From positions 67,456,001-67,520,000 of the forward strand of contig OZ024747.1 in assembly GCA_964016885.1 (NCBI GenBank): a stretch of 64,000 nt of DNA. The letters run 5' to 3'. The position numbers were made by a program, and so were the translations under genes. The notes beneath the pieces are model-generated. The model did not search any database. It was given only the letters and a program-made list of their open reading frames with translations, and had not been told where the DNA came from. Position 1 is the first letter of the stretch, and the number at the start of each line of letters is the position of its first letter. This DNA comes from Eledone cirrhosa (taxonomy: Eukaryota). Positions 12,484 through 64,000 of this stretch are shown here, in pieces.

Positions 12484-14439
12484 CATGGCTAGACACTATA
12501 TATAATATTGTCATATACTCTCTATACAATACAGGCTCATACATACTCTATATAATAGTGAGCTACATACTATTTATATTATACAGGGCTATATACATTC
12601 CATATAATACACACCGTATTTCCCAGCGTCAAAGACGCTACTTTTTTCATGAAATAAGTCTAAAAAAATCTACCATGCGTCCTGGAGGCCGAAGGTTGTT
12701 TATTTTTTTTCAAATAGGGTGGTTTGGCAGTATCAGTAGAGCGTCAATCCCGCCAAGGTTAACTTTGCCTTTCATCCTTACGGGGTCAATAAATAAAGCA
12801 CCAGTAATGCACTGGAGTAATTGCTGGCCTTGTGCCAAAAATAGAAACAATTATTTTTTTTCAAATTTTTGGTTGTCAAAATTAGGGTAGCTACATATTG
12901 CTCATATAATATAGAGCCATATACTGTCTATATAATGCAGAACCATATATTATTCTTATAACTAAGAACTATATACTGTTCATTTAAGGCAGGGCTAAAT
13001 GCGGTCTAGATAAAGCAGGGCTAAATACTCTTTATACAATAGTTACTTAAAGTCTGTTCCAATGCCAATGGCTCATCAGCCTGAAGCTTATCCCAGTTTC
13101 ATTGGTGTTAAGTGACTGAGAGTTCAGGCTATTGCTGCTAGTATTTTCAGCTGTGTTGATTGGAGCAGCATGAAATTAAGTGTTTTGCTGAAGAACATAA
13201 TGAACCACCTGGTCTGGGAATTAAATCTACTCTATTACAATTGTGAGCCCAACACTGTAACCACTAGGCTGTGCACCTTCACACATACCTTACAAGGCCA
13301 TATACTGAACATACAATACAAGAGTATACAGGTCCTTTAACATCTGAGTGAGTTGTATCGGTGTTGTTCTGACACACTGCACCTGGTGAAGCCCATCCCT
13401 CTCCAGTTTGAACTACAGCCAAATTCTTTCCAGAGAAAGAAAGAGAGATAAGAGGATAAAGAGAAACAGAGGTGAAGTTGACCATGTGGGGTTTTGAACT
13501 CAGAATATAGTGCACCAGAATAAATACTGAGGTATTTTTAAGCTGTCACCTTGATGACTTAGTCAATTTGCTTCCTTACAGAAAACCTGTATAATACAGT
13601 TTCCTATACTCTCAATACTATGCAGGACTAGATGCTGTTCATATATTTCAAGACTATTTACTTTACATACAATTAACCCTTTAGCATTTAACCAGCCAGA
13701 ATTTTCTCACCTCTCTCTGTTCAAACTGGCTGAAACCGGCCACTTATACTGATATTAAGATATTGTTCTCAAAATAAATATCAAAATCTCATAGATTCGA
13801 TATAATGTGAAATAATTATGTGAGATAAAGCCTTTACTGTAAAAATACAATAGTATATACAGAGTAATGTAAATGTTAAAGGGTTAAATATTTTGGTGAA
13901 ATGGGCTTATATTTGCCAAAAGAATGATTAATTGAAAACATAGTCTTAAAGTTAAGAGTATATATGGGACTCCGAGACCGCATAAATATTGCTTAATTTT
14001 CCACTCCAATTTTTCACTTATTTATTTATATAGATATTTAAAACAGCTATATATTTCTGTTGTTAGACAATTTCATTGATGTTGCTTGATTATCCTGGTA
14101 GATAAATTGGTGAATGTGTTACTTCAGAGGATGGTGAAAGAGATGCACCAAACGAGGACTTGTTCTTGTGAATGGCCATCTCCATTCTAATTGCTGTGAG
14201 TAAATAGATGGCTTAGGAAGCCAGGATGCCAAATGTTTCCACCATAGTGAAATATGCAAGAAAGGCAAAATCCCAGCTTCATATAGTAAGGGCAAACATT
14301 TAAAAAATCTCTATCTTCATTCAAAAATTCTAATATATGTACTCCTGAAGAAGGACTTAAGCCCGGCATGTCAAACTTTCCTCTTTCCAATATAAAGTGT
14401 GAAACTAATAAGACTTTCTGTACATCTGTTTTCTCCTTG

Positions 14440-14470
<31 letters not shown>

Positions 14471-14535
14471 CTGAAGTAAAAGTTAAGTGGAAATATCCAA
14501 GAATAAGAGCACTCAGTCCATAGGACGAGTTTAGT

Positions 14536-14718
14536 ATAAATAATTACAACAGTGACATAAACAGGTACTCAAGTTTCGTTGGGTTCTAGGCCCCAATTCA
14601 TTCAGCCTGTCATGAGAAAAATAAAAACATTTTTTTTTTTATTCAGGCTGAATGAATTGGGGCCCAGAACCCAATGAAGCTTGAGTACCTGTTTATGCCA
14701 CTGTTCTAATTATTTATA
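14536..14718. mobile_element. Penelope-like inverted pLTR pair
   Basis: About 75-bp inverted arms between (TA)n tracts, each with a hammerhead-like motif. Confidence 0.65.
14561..14610 (-). ncRNA. Minimal type I hammerhead ribozyme-like motif (variant core)
   Basis: ACAGG-CTGAATGA-ATTGGGGCCTAGAACCCAAC-GAAAC-TTGA-GTA-CCTGT: stems I, II, III and a GUA cleavage triplet in the correct order. Confidence 0.6.
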
Positions 14719-14732
14719 TATATATATAGTAC

Positions 14733-14901
14733 TCACTGTAAATGAGGTTGGTGTTAGGAAGGGCATCCAGCTGTAGAAATCAAGCCAAAATCAGTTTTGT
14801 ATGAACAAGACATGGTCATCTGACCTGGCATTGCTCACAACAGTACAACCCGTCTAACCCATGCTAGTGTGGAAAAATGGATGTAAAACGATGATGATGA
14901 T
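14733..14901 (+). mobile_element. RTE-tail-derived short repeat
   Basis: GGTTGGTGTTAGGAAGGGCATCCAGC...CCCATGC...(GAT)n as in the RTE 3' end at 9074-9227; also at about 16067-16222 and 37886-38039. Confidence 0.75.
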
Positions 14902-16869
14902 CGTATATGTATATATTTTATCCAGCTCAACTTTGACATTTATCTTCTTAAGTTATTATACAAACACATTGGTAAAATTCGCAGTGAAGTGTGTGTGTGT
15001 GGGGGGGGGGGGGGGGGTATGGTTTCTTGTTTCCTCATTCTTGTTGAAATATTGCTTTAATTCCATCTAGATCTTACCTTAAGTGCAGTAAGGTCTTGTA
15101 GAGAAAAAATAGAATTTTTCCTACTGGAATATGCTGAACCTCGAACAACATTTAAATATCTCTCTACAATGTGGAAATCTAATCTCTGAGAATCTTAAAG
15201 GGAATTATTTCTGTGGAATGGTTGAATCTGTCTTGCTTTATGACTCCCTTACCTGGACATTAATAAAAAAAAAATTGCATCAATGCTGGATGGCACCTGC
15301 ACATGCATGCTTTGTGTCGTTTTGAAAGTGTCCTGGAAGGAACATTTAACCAAAGAAAGATAATCCAATAGCTTGCTTAAGGTATCAGACACTCTTCAAG
15401 AAAGAAGTGTTCACTTGCTGGACTCTAACTGAAGAAGTGATGGGAAGCTGGTTAATGGTACAGTGGTACCTTATTGTGGACACCTCGCCATGGTCAAAAT
15501 CACATTATTATTATTATACATTAGTTGCCCAGTGAAGACATGTTGATCAATTAACAGACAATACTAAATGTCACTAACAACAATTGAAGGATAAAGATGG
15601 GTGGAGGATCAGAACTATATAAATCTGAGTAAGTTCAATCTCATGATAATGATGACAAAGCTATTGTTGTTTAACACCCAGTCAGCCCTGATCATGCAGA
15701 TATATGATCAAAGACATTTCAGCCTGGATTTTGAATATCCAGGATGACATAACTTAATGTGTCCTTCATGCTTTTCTCATGATGGTATGGAGATTTGGTT
15801 GCTATTTCTAGCAGTTTGAGCAGTTCCTTTACTTGCTCATAAGAAATCTATTGCAAGTGAATGGTGTCAACCACTTTTCCTGACCCACTGAACTGAAGAT
15901 AATGAGTCAATAGATTTCTTTCTGGAATGGAATGAACCTCTGTTGGTTTCAACAATGTAGGTTGTTTGATCAATGGAACAACCTGCTCATGAAATTAACA
16001 TGCAAGTGGCTGAGCATTTCACAAACACACGTACCCAAAATGTAATTCTCAGGGAGATTCAAAACTCACTGTAAATGAGGTTGACATTAGGAAGAGCATC
16101 CAGCTGTAGAAACCAAGCCAAAATTAGACATGGTCATCTGACCTAACATTGCCCACAACAGGACAACTCGTCTAACCCATGCTAGTGTGAAAGAATGGGC
16201 ATAAAACAGTGATAATGATGATTTAGCACGACACAGTGTGTCTCAAAGCTACCTCTTTGAATTACAGATAGAGTACATCTGATTGGCTTCCAAACAGAGT
16301 CTGTCAGCCCCATTTCACTCCCAAGTTTTAGGTAGACCAGAAACTATGGTAAATGATACTCACTCAATACAAACCCAAACCTTATGATTGTGAAACAAAC
16401 ATCTTAATCATTTAGCTATAACCACACTTACACCCATTACTCACACACTCCAAATCTACTGACAAGGCAGAAGCCTAGCCTAGGGACCCCACAGATACAA
16501 AAGGCCCATGAATATTTTTTGCTCTAGTGTGGAGAAAGATTGAAGCACAGAGGATAGGGTGCGCAAAGTAAGTGAAAGCTAGGGGCCAAACCATGGAAAA
16601 TACTGTCATCTGACATAGTACGATATGTAAAGATTTTTACTCAAGATGAGAAGTAACTGCAGAATGAAAAGAAATTCCAAATAAAAAATAACTTCTTTTA
16701 TTTTGCCAAATAATCTAAATTCAATTCACGTTATTATCAGATTCTGCTCTTCTGATTTAGTGATGTTGATGTTGTTATCAATGCTGGTGATGATGCTGGA
16801 AGGGGTGGTGGTGGTGCCATCCTGGCAGTGTTCTTCCCCTCTGGAGATTTTGATGATATAACAAACGAA

Positions 16870-17253
16870 CATATATACATATGTATACATTCATTAATAT
16901 TCTACCTAATTACGGTAGTAAGATATATATATGTGTGTGTGTGCATATATATGTACATACACACATAAATATGCATATATATGCATATATACAGATACAT
17001 ACAGATACATCCATAAATTTTTGTATATATATATATATATGCATCTATATATATATACATATACATGTATGCATCTATATATATATATACACTATATATA
17101 TATATGCATATATACACATACATATATATGCATATATACACACACACATATATATGCATATATATATTATATATATATATGCATATATATATGCATATAT
17201 ACACATACACACACATATATATATGCATTTATACATACATATATATATATATA

Positions 17254-17300
<47 letters not shown>
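16870..17300. repeat. Compound (TA)/(CA)/(TGCATA) microsatellite
   Basis: Low-complexity tract that produces spurious Y/I/H/T ORFs. Confidence 0.95.
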
Positions 17301-17301
<1 letters not shown>

Positions 17302-18212
17302 ATATCTGCTTGACATTGCAGAAGAAATTAAAGGAAACAAACAAAAAAAGAGGAAAACAGAAAAGAACTATATATATCAGAGAGAGAGAGAGACACCAGC
17401 ATTGCTAATTGGGTAAACATTTAATTTTTTTCAATACTTAATTTGTTTCTTCCTTTTATAGTTATAAAAAAAATCCTTTCATTGTCTAACCAAAAACCAT
17501 TCTTGTAGTTTTTTTTCATTTGCATTATTTTCTATGGAAAATCGATGTCTTTACGGCATTGTTGAAATTTTCTGCCAGAAGTTGTCTCTGACAGAAATCA
17601 GTAAGAGAAAGAGGCCCAATGGAAACATCAACTCCTTGGTTTGATTTGATGATCAGCACCTCCTGTTCCTTTGGTGAAATTAGAGAAACACAAAATCTAG
17701 TATCACGGGAATTGTTAGTGTTTTGTTTATTGATTGTAACTTTTTTTTTATTATTATTTTTATTTTCTCATTACAGAGACATAGTAAACAATGTGAGGCT
17801 TAACACACACACACACATTCACATACACCAAACAACAAAGAAAGAACCAAAACCCAAGACCTCAACAGAGTGTGAGCAGAGCTAAATGTTTTCGATGTTA
17901 GCTGGTCAGCCATCTTGCTCACATAAGAGTGTACTGCAACTGTCTTCATAGAAAAAAACTGAAAGCCTTTTTTGGAGGCAGTTAACTGGCTTTTTTTATT
18001 AACGCTCCTTGAATATAAATTCTCTGTACAAAAATTATTTATAAACAGTTGTGATACTCAGCCCAGTAAGCGTTGTTTAACAGTGATTGTTTTGTTTTTT
18101 CCTTTTAAAAAACAATAAACAAACAAAATCAAAAAACAAACAAAACCAGACTGTGTGTTGGAACGAAATCCCATGCGAAAAAAAAAAAGAAAATGGATGG
18201 GAAATTAAGAAT

Positions 18213-63033
<44,821 letters not shown>

Positions 63034-64000
63034 CTGAAATGGAGAAATAGTTTAATTGTGATTATACACAGTTAAAATGATTGCCATTGTCATTGTTGTT
63101 TAATTCAAGATAAGCTCTGATTGATCAAAGACATTCAAGTTGTGACCATCCTAACTTATATTGGAGACATAGTGCACTTAGGATGACATTATCCAATGTG
63201 TTCTTCATTAAGATTGTAATATATGGTCTGGGGGAGATTTGTCACATGTTCTAGCAGGTTGAACAACTCTGTGTAGGGTCCTGCATTGACTTTGAAAAAG
63301 TTTAGCTTTAGTCTACATTACATTAACAACAACATCAACAATAATAATGATAATAATGGTTTCTGATTTAGGTACAAGTCCAACAATTTTTTAGGAGAGG
63401 GGAAAGTCGATTAAATCGACCCCAATGTGTGACTGGTACTTTATTTTATTGACCCCGTAAGGATGAAAGGCAAAGCTAACCTCAGCAGGATTTGAACTCA
63501 GACTATAAAGGACTGTAACTCTATGCTGCAAAGCATGGTTTCTGGCGCTCTACTGATACTGCCAATCCACTGCTCTACCGATAGTGCCAACGATAATAAT
63601 AATAATTGTTTCTAAATAGTTTCTTGGGTTTATGGATGAGAAAAAAATGAGAAAAAACATGACAGTGATAGAGAAGAGGTAACACTGCTATGAAAACATT
63701 TTCCCCTTGGAAAATAGCTGGGAAAAGATTTGAAAGTTAGTCAGTTTACTACATTCACATGTATTATCAATATATATCTATATACCCATTCAAATAGATG
63801 CACACATGCCTGTGTTGACAGTCAGTTGTCTGTATAAAGCACAGTTGGGCACTTGAATTAAAATCTAGGATTAATGGTAGTATGTTCATTATAGTATCCT
63901 GTTGCTTTTCTAAATATTAGCTGTTTGGATATATAGAGCACTCTTACTTCTTATTGATATATGTGTGTGTGTATATGCATCCGTGAGTTTTATATCGAAT

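Noticed and set aside
16881-17408. Long Y/I/H/C/V-rich ORFs (also near 35.0-35.8, 43.9-44.2, 54.9-55.2 and 60.3-60.6 kb)
   Set aside because: Translations of dinucleotide microsatellites.
17400-18212. Collagen 3' UTR and poly(A) site
   Set aside because: Several AATAAA/ATTAAA candidates; cannot choose without transcript data.

Overview
AT-rich, microsatellite-dense animal genomic DNA; the repeat families suggest a mollusc, probably an octopod cephalopod (inference, not tested). Bases 1.4-5.3 kb hold three replication-dependent histone genes (H3 and H4 divergent, H2A), each with a 3' stem-loop. No H2B or H1 is visible. Beside them is a decayed local duplication carrying Tx1-like, RTE and solo-LTR insertions. 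From about 18.2 kb to the window end, the minus strand holds the 3' two-thirds of a fibrillar collagen gene of the type V/XI (clade B) kind. I traced 31 Gly-X-Y exons, a junction exon and 4 C-propeptide exons, all with GT-AG ends. The encoded chain has a K7R6 polybasic cleavage site and lacks C-propeptide cysteines C2 and C3. Introns and intergenic DNA are packed with SINEs, MITEs, LINE remnants and minisatellites. The most unusual signal is a set of (TA)n-embedded inverted repeats from several unrelated families, many carrying hammerhead-ribozyme-like cores (Penelope-like pLTR remnants). All calls were made by eye, without database searches.
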